From a virus (Duplodnaviria; Caudoviricetes): a DNA stretch of 52,411 nt. Numbering within the stretch: position 1 is the first letter of the stretch; each line of letters starts with the position of its first letter. Below, piece after piece: positions 45,041-52,411 of the stretch. Below the pieces are notes generated by a model. The model was not told the DNA's origin. It saw nothing but the letters and a program-made list of their open reading frames with translations, and did no database searches. Location: IMG/VR virus record IMGVR_UViG_3300009488_002371, positions 1 to 52,411 of that record; one strand, written 5' to 3'. A program made the position numbers and the translations under genes.

Positions 45041-46150
45041 CTACGGCAGGTTCTCGATGCGCAGTAGCTCCTTCTTCATTACCTCAATGAGCTCCTTCCT
45101 CAGCTCCTCCTTGATGTTCTTCAGCTCCTGTTGACTCACGACGCGCTTCTTCTCAACCTCCCGGCGGAGGGTCGCTATCTCTGCGGCCTGGTCCTCTATC
45201 TTCTGGACTGAAGCCTGTTCACCGAAAACCCTTAGCTTAGGGTAGGCATTCACATAAGCAGGAGTGAGATCCCCTGTCTCCTCAGGCCTGCTGTAGGGCC
45301 CCATGGACCCGCCCACGGACTTGCCTTGGAGCTTCTTGATCCAGGCATCGTGCATCCCTGCACTCTGAAGCATCGTGGTGTGAAACTTCCTGAGGCTGTG
45401 ACCGCTTATCTTCTTCCCCACCTTGGATCCCAACCTTCTGAAAATTGCGCTAAGCGCCGTCGCCTCAAACCGTTTGTCGAACCTGTTCGCGAAGAGGGGT
45501 TCCTGGGGATCCTCCTCCTGTCTGTCCTCTAGGTACAGGTTCAGGGCCTCCACGGCCTCAGGGCCTATGTGGATGTACGCCGCGGCAGCCGTCTTCTCTG
45601 TGCCCCGTACATGGAAGACCTTGAAGTTCTCCCCGTTGGCCGTGACTGTCTGGGCCTCCAGGTAGTCCGCGATATTCAGGAGAGCCAGGTCACCCAGCCT
45701 TATCCCCGAATCCTTCAGGAACATGAGCATTCCCCGTGTCTTCAGCCGTGTCTCTTCTGGTGCACGGTCCCACATCGTCCTTATCTTGTCACTCAGGGCA
45801 ACCCTCTGACCGTTCGAGAAGCCCTTGGGCTTATCCTTGGCCTTGATCCTAATGGGCAGCCCCTGGCTCTCGAAGAATGAGACCACGGCTTTAGCTACTA
45901 TCCTGCATGTCCCCGGTGCGTAGCCCTTCTCCATCATCTCGAACATGAAGACCCTGACCTTGCGCTCTACGTTCTCATGGTCCCTCGTGTCACCGCTCGC
46001 CAGGTCCACCTTCCGCATCTGATAGAGCTCCTCCCCATCCTTCATGCCCCATCGTTCCAGGAACATGCCGAAGTACCGACGATAATTATACCTCGTGACT
46101 TTCTTCTTGGTCTGTAGGTCCTGCTCCCAGACGTCCATTGCCTTGCTCAT
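45041..46150 (-). CDS. int: Tyrosine recombinase/integrase
   Basis: SGIRLGD, K, HSLRKF, LQGK, catalytic Tyr in GPYS; C-terminal coiled coil. Confidence 0.92.
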   Translation of the reverse strand: MSKAMDVWEQDLQTKKKVTRYNYRRYFGMFLERWGMKDGEELYQMRKVDLASGDTRDHENVERKVRVFMFEMMEKGYAPGTCRIVAKAVVSFFESQGLPIRIKAKDKPKGFSNGQRVALSDKIRTMWDRAPEETRLKTRGMLMFLKDSGIRLGDLALLNIADYLEAQTVTANGENFKVFHVRGTEKTAAAAYIHIGPEAVEALNLYLEDRQEEDPQEPLFANRFDKRFEATALSAIFRRLGSKVGKKISGHSLRKFHTTMLQSAGMHDAWIKKLQGKSVGGSMGPYSRPEETGDLTPAYVNAYPKLRVFGEQASVQKIEDQAAEIATLRREVEKKRVVSQQELKNIKEELRKELIEVMKKELLRIENLP

Positions 46151-46174
46151 TTGAACCGTACCAAGGTTCTACCA

Positions 46175-46261
46175 CCCCGTATATAATGCTATGTCTTTCA
46201 TTTTCCTCCTGGAGGAGGACACCTAAAGACGTAGTATCTACCACACACATTATATAGGGGG
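46175..46261. promoter_or_regulatory. Inverted repeat containing two outward-facing TATA boxes
   Basis: CCCCGTATATAATG (46175-46188) and CATTATATAGGGGG (46248-46261), 13/14 match. Confidence 0.55.
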
Positions 46262-46348
46262 TCGCGCGCGATCACATTTTAAGCATAGCCCTTTGGTAGT
46301 GATTATCAATCCATAATCCCTATTTTGGTGGCCACCAAAGGAACACTC

Positions 46349-46534
46349 ATGAGCATCCCCCGCAACCATGAAGAGGCGATAGAATTACTCGAGGACCTCT
46401 ATAAGGTACTACCCCGGATTATTTTCTTAATGAAACTATCCCTTATTATCCAAAATCAGAAGACCGCCGTCAAATCCCCCGAGGGTAGCCATGTGACGCG
46501 TGATTTAGTCTCACCTATCCCACCCTCTTCATGA
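46349..46534 (+). CDS. Hypothetical small protein
   Basis: ORF divergent from int. Confidence 0.35.
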   Translation: MSIPRNHEEAIELLEDLYKVLPRIIFLMKLSLIIQNQKTAVKSPEGSHVTRDLVSPIPPSS

Positions 46535-47008
46535 GGAGGGAACTCCTCCCGAGGAGGAGCTTTCGCGCGCGCCCTCATTCAGGACACCTTGATAGACGGC
46601 TTCAACTTGAGACAGGTTTCTCCTCATAAGGACTAGGAAGTTCGCCAGAATCTCTTTCTTCTCGTCGAGGGGCATCCATCTCATCATGGTCTTGAAGTAA
46701 GCGTCGGTGAACTTGTACTCGGCCTCCATACGCCCACCGAGGCTCTCGAGGAGGGTCGTCCCCTTCTCGGTGAGGCTGTAGAACTCGGTCTTATCTCTTA
46801 TCTCAGTCTTAACGAAGCCCTTGGATTCGAGGCTCTTCAGAGCCGGATAGAAAGTACCCGTCTTGAGATCCCAGAGACCTTCAAACTCATCGCGGAGAAC
46901 CTTTAACATCTCGTATCCATACTTGGACTCTTCGCTCAACTGCATAATCACGAGGAACTGAAGCGGGCTCACGACCCTCCTCCCGTAGATAAGACCGCCC
47001 CTCATCAT
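46529..47008 (-). CDS. PadR-family transcriptional regulator
   Basis: YGYEM...GTFYPALKSLESKGFV...YSLTEKG. Confidence 0.9.
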   Translation of the reverse strand: MMRGGLIYGRRVVSPLQFLVIMQLSEESKYGYEMLKVLRDEFEGLWDLKTGTFYPALKSLESKGFVKTEIRDKTEFYSLTEKGTTLLESLGGRMEAEYKFTDAYFKTMMRWMPLDEKKEILANFLVLMRRNLSQVEAVYQGVLNEGARESSSSGGVPSS

Positions 47009-47175
47009 GATTCACTTGACACCTGGGGGCGCATCTAGCTCCCATGTATTCCCATGCGTTCCTTTAGATGCACCCCGATTTAATACTTCCGTCTATTAAA
47101 TGACGCAAAATAGCCACCTCTGACCTCAATGAACTGCCTAGAAGTGCCCCGCCATAAGAGGCGTATGTGCTACCT

Positions 47176-47192
47176 AAAAAAGGGGGGAGGGA
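47176..47192 (-). terminator. C-rich plus oligo-T terminator
   Basis: TCCCTCCCCCCTTTTTT directly after the stop at 47193. Confidence 0.55.
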
Positions 47193-47855
47193 TTAGGGTG
47201 TGTCGCCGAGTTGAATTATCAGGTCGATGAAACGATAGCTGCCGACCGGCGCGTTCGGATCCACGGATATGTCAAACTCCACCACCACGAATATCTGGCT
47301 TAACGGGTTATCATATTCAGGAACGAAAAGCGGGTTGCCCAGCCACTCAAGGCTGTAAACGGTGGCCCCAGACAGATCCACATCAGCTGCGATCGTCATG
47401 TCGGTGTTGCTCCAAGACCCGTCGTTCATAAGCGACTCAAGCTGCAGGTCACAGGCCACCGTCATCCAAGACGGAACCGTCACGGATAACCCTAGATTCA
47501 ACGTCAAAACATTCGTGTCATCAACGTAGAGAAACAGATACTGCTTCCCGGCCTCCAAACCAACCGTCGAACCTTCGAAGAGAACGTCAGTCGTCACGAA
47601 GTCGACATACGCCGCCTTAGTGGTGGGGTCTATCCAGGTGGACGAGGGCACGACGTTTGCCTTGGCATCGATGTTTCCCTCGATCGACGTTGATATTGAG
47701 CTAATGGGCACGCTACTCCAGTACCATACGGCTACCGCTACACCGCCCCAGAACAAGGCACCGAACGCAAGTATCACCAGAAGAGGACTTATTCTACTTG
47801 ACTTCATTCTACATACTCCACGGAAACGACGGCCAAACACCGCCGCTTCCGCCAA
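47193..47855 (-). CDS. Membrane-anchored extracellular beta-rich protein
   Basis: Basic N-terminus plus TM helix, then a beta-sandwich-like ectodomain; start may be 47807. Confidence 0.6.
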   Translation of the reverse strand: MAEAAVFGRRFRGVCRMKSSRISPLLVILAFGALFWGGVAVAVWYWSSVPISSISTSIEGNIDAKANVVPSSTWIDPTTKAAYVDFVTTDVLFEGSTVGLEAGKQYLFLYVDDTNVLTLNLGLSVTVPSWMTVACDLQLESLMNDGSWSNTDMTIAADVDLSGATVYSLEWLGNPLFVPEYDNPLSQIFVVVEFDISVDPNAPVGSYRFIDLIIQLGDTP

Positions 47856-48145
47856 AACCTGCCTAGAAAACGTATTTAAGACACACCCACAAAGTCACCC
47901 CAGACTCCTCGGTGAAACTTAGAGCTACCGCTGACCCTGTAGTTATGCTGCCTAGAAACGGTGCGTGCTCCTACCAGCGCCGTCGACTCAGCGCTCCCCA
48001 CCTCGTGCCAGACTCGGCCTCCCCTGTCCTCGGAGACGCAGCCTCCTGCTCCCGCTGAAGGCTCTATTGGCACGTAAACCAATACTCGCCTTTAAATGGT
48101 GCCCCACAAAAACGTCAGAATTGTATTAAACATGTAAAAAGAAGG

Positions 48146-51100
48146 TTAGCGGACGTAGAGACGCCGAGGCTTCGTGAATTTCCGTAACGCGCCGTGGGCC
48201 AGATCTTGAGGAAAATCTTCACCATCCCCACAGGGGACCAAAAGGAAGTAGTCGACGAATATGGTATTCTCTGTCGCCGTTACTTTTATGAAACGGAGCT
48301 GGATTGTGTTCAGGGCGGCTACGTCTTCCTCTGAGATGTCAAATATTATCCCGTCGTAGCTGAATGTAGCGGCTAGTTGCTCTGTTACCTCAGCGTTTTC
48401 CTCGTTTCTGATTTCAGCGGGGGCCGCGTTCTTATACGCCCGCATTCCGAAGTCATCTACTACTTGATCAGTGTCCTTCGCCCGGCTGAATAGTAAGTAT
48501 CTACCCGAGGGTAGGTCGGTGCCGGAAGTTATCGTATATGTGACATCATCGTTTTGCACGTCCAGAACCACGGCTTCGCCGCCGCTCAGCGTCTCGCCCC
48601 GGCCCCGAGTCGTCGTCGTGCCGATTGCGAAGTGCATATCATCAAGAATCAGGGTCTCGCCTGCGCCATCTGCAGTCCAGCCGGCAATTCTGACGTATGC
48701 TATGGGTCCACCGAAGTCGAAAGTGCCACCCTCAGTCCATCCCTGAAGATCAGCCGAGCTGTGAGGAAGATCAAAGGTAAACTGTGAAATCGCCCCGGAA
48801 GCATCGAAAGCGGGTGAGGTCACTTGATCTCCGTCCCCGTCGAAAATTTGGATGTTTTGAGTAAAGTCGCTTCCGCCCGTCCTTTGAGCCCAGAACTTGA
48901 GTTCGTCAAATTTTAGTATAGACAGAGGAACTATTGGGAAAACATCGGCGTTCACACCAGCCGCGCCAGTGGATGTAACTTCTGTCATGTAATTGCCTAC
49001 CTGAACGTCTGTTACGTCGTTTATCGTTATAGTGCAGTTAGCTTGCTCAACCCATAAGCCGTCGTAGAACGTGGTCAAGTCGATTCTCCAGGTGGCGTCG
49101 TTCCGCGTGGTCTCATACAGCTCCAGGTAGCGCATTATGGAAAAGTCAGGAGTCAGGTTCACCGCATCCGGGCTTGCCACAGTGAAGCAGAACCATCTCC
49201 AACCCGCGAAGTTGTCCGTGAGATGATATTCAGCCCAATCTCCGTCGGTGTCTATGAACCTTAGTTTAAATGTGCCGCCTTCGTTTGCCCCGTATATCCA
49301 GGCTCCGACGTACTTCAAGCCGCTGAAGTCGTGGGCAGCCCCATAGTCATAGGTAGCAAGTAGATCTGCTACACGGGTCAGCGATACCATCTGGTAGCAG
49401 CTTGTCCCCGTCTTCTCGTTAGTCGTATCCTCCGTGCCCGTGACGTTGGCTGCCTGCGTCCACTTGGTCTCGTCGTCCTCGTACATGTCGTCCTTGGAGG
49501 CGTCAGGCTGAGCCTCCGTGACCATGTCCGACATGTCAGTGAATCCATCATGCGCCGCATCGATGTATTCACGGGCCGCCCCAGAGATCGTGGTCTTAGC
49601 CGGGTCGTCCTCCGCCTCCGCGAATAGGTTCGCCACAAGACTGAAAGGTGTAATATAGAACCATATCGTCGTTGAGAGAACGTCACTAGCAGCGATTTCA
49701 CGGATCTGCAAGTCCCCACCGTCGATTGCCTGAAACTCTGCACTACCCGCCGTCGGCTTCTTATCGGTAAACATACCAAACAGACATGCCTCTTCCACAT
49801 CATCGAAGGCTACGAGGAAGTTATCGGTTAATGTTACGTTCTCCCCATCCTCGCCCATATCATCGTCTCCGATCTCATCGTCCCCGACGTAGCCAAAGCG
49901 GACTACCGTAGAATTATAATACCAAACCCTAACAATTTGAAGGGGATAAGCCTCAAGCACCTCCATCTTCAAGGCGTAGGAACCACGAGTCAACGTGAGC
50001 CTTATCCTCAAATAATAGTCATTATCATTGACTGCGAGGTCACACATCTTAACATCGACAACCACCTTCTCCGGGGAGACCTGAACAATCTTTTCGAGGA
50101 ACGGGTATCTAAGCGCCTTCGCATCATCTGGGAAATAGAGTCGGATCTGATCGGCAGGCATCCGCCATGCTGCGCCATAGTAACCGTAGAGCTTCAAACC
50201 ATATTGTATCGCCTCATCAACGTGAAGCCGTATTGTCCCATTCTGAAGATAAGCATCACCACTGAAGACGTGGTCCTCGTCGAACACCTGCTGCCAATCC
50301 GCCTCGACGGCGCTGCCCTTGGCGTCCCAGAGCTCAACGTCTCCGAAGCCGTAGCTGGCGTCCACGAAGTCATACTTCAGGGCAAAGAGGGCTGGATATG
50401 AGACTTTGAGATATTCACTCATCGCCTCATCGTCGTTATCTTGTTTAAAGTTGACAAGGTCATCTTCTGTACCGATTTCATAGGCGGGGTATCCCACATT
50501 GAAGAGAAGATCGCTTATGTTATAGGGGCTTGCGTGGGCGACTAGGACCGCGTCGATAAGTTCGTACTCAGTTGCACCGTCAGCGGCTGCACGTGTGGCT
50601 CCCTGTTTTAGCCAGACATGCATGTGGCGGACGTCGCCGGGTGAATCTGCCCCGGCAACCCCATCGTGGAAAACAACGCGCCAGATCGTCACCCGCCCTG
50701 TGGCGGCTCGGATAGTATCGCCATCATAGGTTGAACCGTGAAACAGTGTGACCTCGCCAGCTCCGCCAATACGCTTAAAAATATTTAGTAGTAGACCGCC
50801 GTTTGTCACGTCCATCTCGATCTTGATGTAATCGTCCTCACTATTCGGCTGCGAAACAATCTTATCATTGATTATAAAGAAGCGGAACTTGAAGCCTTGA
50901 TTAGCGCCAGAGGCCGTGTGCGTCGGGACTTCGAGAAGAATAGTGACCTCTAGTTCATTCATCATTACGATTGGATGGTGCCCGTCAATCCAGCCATAAA
51001 CCCAGACATTTTGAGTGTCGCTGAGACCACCTAGCTCTATGAGGTTGTTGGTCGATTCAAGAATCGCCGTGAACGGGTTCGCCGCTTTCCATGCTCCCGT

Positions 51101-51298
51101 GTAGCCCTTCTTCCAGGCCCCTTCCAAAACTTCCCCGATAAAATTGTCCCCCCCATTTAGAGGCAGAATAACTTCGTTGCCGTCCTTGCCGACACGGGTA
51201 AACGTATCTGTCCCTAGAACTAGGGTGTAGTCTACCCCATTATGGGTTATCTTCAGGTTCGAGCTGCTCACCGGCAGCCCCAGTCCATACATTGGCAT
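48146..51298 (-). CDS. Large tail/receptor-binding protein with carbohydrate-binding modules
   Basis: 1050 aa acidic beta-rich; two repeats like DFSGLKYVGAWIYG..FKLRFID..GWRWF (CBM11-like); AGGTGA SD. Confidence 0.7.
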   Translation of the reverse strand: MPMYGLGLPVSSSNLKITHNGVDYTLVLGTDTFTRVGKDGNEVILPLNGGDNFIGEVLEGAWKKGYTGAWKAANPFTAILESTNNLIELGGLSDTQNVWVYGWIDGHHPIVMMNELEVTILLEVPTHTASGANQGFKFRFFIINDKIVSQPNSEDDYIKIEMDVTNGGLLLNIFKRIGGAGEVTLFHGSTYDGDTIRAATGRVTIWRVVFHDGVAGADSPGDVRHMHVWLKQGATRAAADGATEYELIDAVLVAHASPYNISDLLFNVGYPAYEIGTEDDLVNFKQDNDDEAMSEYLKVSYPALFALKYDFVDASYGFGDVELWDAKGSAVEADWQQVFDEDHVFSGDAYLQNGTIRLHVDEAIQYGLKLYGYYGAAWRMPADQIRLYFPDDAKALRYPFLEKIVQVSPEKVVVDVKMCDLAVNDNDYYLRIRLTLTRGSYALKMEVLEAYPLQIVRVWYYNSTVVRFGYVGDDEIGDDDMGEDGENVTLTDNFLVAFDDVEEACLFGMFTDKKPTAGSAEFQAIDGGDLQIREIAASDVLSTTIWFYITPFSLVANLFAEAEDDPAKTTISGAAREYIDAAHDGFTDMSDMVTEAQPDASKDDMYEDDETKWTQAANVTGTEDTTNEKTGTSCYQMVSLTRVADLLATYDYGAAHDFSGLKYVGAWIYGANEGGTFKLRFIDTDGDWAEYHLTDNFAGWRWFCFTVASPDAVNLTPDFSIMRYLELYETTRNDATWRIDLTTFYDGLWVEQANCTITINDVTDVQVGNYMTEVTSTGAAGVNADVFPIVPLSILKFDELKFWAQRTGGSDFTQNIQIFDGDGDQVTSPAFDASGAISQFTFDLPHSSADLQGWTEGGTFDFGGPIAYVRIAGWTADGAGETLILDDMHFAIGTTTTRGRGETLSGGEAVVLDVQNDDVTYTITSGTDLPSGRYLLFSRAKDTDQVVDDFGMRAYKNAAPAEIRNEENAEVTEQLAATFSYDGIIFDISEEDVAALNTIQLRFIKVTATENTIFVDYFLLVPCGDGEDFPQDLAHGALRKFTKPRRLYVR

Positions 51299-51309
51299 TC
51301 TCTTTCACC

Positions 51310-51774
51310 TCAAATATTCCAGTCGTTAACTCCAATCTCCGCGTCGTACACTCCGAAGCCGGCTTGGTGGGTCGTTGTCGTCCCCACCAATCTCATGTGG
51401 ACATCCACCCTGGCTCGATTCTCCCCTACAAACTTGCTAATTATCGGTCTATCTGGCACCGCCCAGAAGTTGCCATGCTCTATCGTCCGGCAGTAAACCA
51501 ATTTTTCCCCTCGGTAGCCATACCATAGCCAGAACTCGAGCCAGCTACGGTGCTCATTTGGCATCTCATAGTATTCGGCGAGCTCGGTGGCCCGGTTAAA
51601 CGTGCGCAGCTCCGATGATAATGTGAGTATGCCATAGAGCCGGTAGCCATGCGTCGCCCAGGCCTCGACTAGGTAGTCGCCCTCAGGTGTGACGGTGAAG
51701 TTTCTGTGGCGCTGGGGGAACCAGTCTATGAGAGTGGTCTTGGTGACGTCCATGGTGTGGAAGTAGTCAGCCAT
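51310..51774 (-). CDS. Putative distal tail protein
   Basis: Tail-module position, ~150 aa. Confidence 0.45.
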   Translation of the reverse strand: MADYFHTMDVTKTTLIDWFPQRHRNFTVTPEGDYLVEAWATHGYRLYGILTLSSELRTFNRATELAEYYEMPNEHRSWLEFWLWYGYRGEKLVYCRTIEHGNFWAVPDRPIISKFVGENRARVDVHMRLVGTTTTHQAGFGVYDAEIGVNDWNI

Positions 51775-51775
51775 T

Positions 51776-52198
51776 TCAGATCAACCAGTCCGATTCTGCT
51801 TCGTCGAGGTCTAGGCAGGCGAAGCCCGCCACGTAGTATGATGTGGTGCCGATGAAGAAGAGTTCTGCGTTGAAGACGTAGGTTGCGCAGTCGGCGCCCA
51901 TGGGCGTCTCGTTCTGGAAGAAGCTGAAGCCCCGGAGCAGATACCAGGCCGTGACGGGTCGGTCGCCGTGGCTGAACTGGACGTACTGGGTGTTGCGGTT
52001 GTCCACGTCCATGTCCTCGCCGTGCGGTCGGGTGCCCGGTATGTCGTGGACCGCGGTGCCCACCCTGGATTTGGCGAAGAGCTCGCGCAGGCTGTGCAGG
52101 TCCTCGTCTCGGTCCACGCCGCCTCTCATGGTCACTACATACTGTCTGTAGTGGTACTCCGCCGGGATGTCTATCACGGCCACGCCGATCTGCGTCAT
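51776..52198 (-). CDS. Putative distal tail protein
   Basis: Tail-module position, beta-rich 140 aa. Confidence 0.45.
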   Translation of the reverse strand: MTQIGVAVIDIPAEYHYRQYVVTMRGGVDRDEDLHSLRELFAKSRVGTAVHDIPGTRPHGEDMDVDNRNTQYVQFSHGDRPVTAWYLLRGFSFFQNETPMGADCATYVFNAELFFIGTTSYYVAGFACLDLDEAESDWLI

Positions 52199-52199
52199 T

Positions 52200-52409
52200 C
52201 TATCGCTCCTTCTTTAGTTTCACGACTTTAAGTAGCTTCTTCTCCCTCTCGGTGAGAGCCTCTTCGTCGTCTACAAGTATATCGAATAGGCTTATCAGCC
52301 GTTTGGAGCGTATCTTCCACGGGTCGACCTCGACGACGTCGCCCTCATTCAGGATGTATGTTTTGTCTTTGACGTGGAGCCTGAAAGGGCGGAGCCCCTT
52401 ATACCTAAG
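52200..52409 (-). CDS. Partial hypothetical protein (5' truncated)
   Basis: Open frame LRYKGLRPF...KLKKER* to the window edge. Confidence 0.5.
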   Translation of the reverse strand, partial: LRYKGLRPFRLHVKDKTYILNEGDVVEVDPWKIRSKRLISLFDILVDDEEALTEREKKLLKVVKLKKER

Positions 52410-52411
52410 CC

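Larger units (their letters stand above)
1..52411. mobile_element. Temperate archaeal tailed virus genome, near complete, circularly permuted
   Basis: Terminase, portal, protease, capsid, tail and integrase genes present; tail genes run off both window ends; no host housekeeping genes. Confidence 0.9.

Noticed and set aside
13092-45043. Genome-wide TAG recoding
   Set aside because: TAG ends MCP, tube and CgeB-like genes at natural boundaries followed by terminators or next starts; only one suspicious TAG was seen
46310-46340. GGCCACCA as a tRNA-derived attP core
   Set aside because: No T-arm upstream; explained by a palindrome
46529-51298. Diversity-generating retroelement targeting the adhesin
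   Set aside because: No reverse transcriptase and no template/variable repeat pair seen
1-52411. Direct circularisation of the window ends
   Set aside because: No terminal repeat; joining the ends puts the two partial ORFs in different frames, so sequence is missing

Overview
Near-complete genome of a temperate, tailed (Caudoviricetes, siphovirus-like) archaeal virus. Nearly all genes are on the minus strand, and the tail module is split across the two window ends, so the genome is circularly permuted with a gap and no host flanks are visible. An archaeal host is inferred from TATA boxes about 25-30 nt upstream of leaderless starts, AGGTGA/GGAG Shine-Dalgarno sites, oligo-T terminators, RHH/wHTH/PadR regulators and tiny CxxC zinc-ribbon ORFs; the host lineage cannot be fixed from sequence alone. 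Minus-strand order from the integrase end: integrase, divergent twin RHH regulators, about 20 small early genes (SSAP, wHTHs), holin-like protein, HNH, TerS, TerL, portal, split MuF-metallopeptidase, protease/scaffold, tail tube (displaced), Cys-rich HK97-fold capsid protein, a ~14 kb sugar biosynthesis/glycosyltransferase island, beta-helix spike, neck genes, tail chaperone with a -1 frameshift, tape measure; distal tail and adhesin genes lie at the right end. The most notable feature is the glycan island: 6 glycosyltransferase domains, 3 NDP-sugar SDRs, DegT aminotransferase, formyltransferase, cupin, 3 class I methyltransferase domains and a B12-radical SAM enzyme, with no export or polymerisation genes. 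It is best explained as a self-encoded virion glycosylation system. All functional calls come from motif recognition by eye; no database searches were run.
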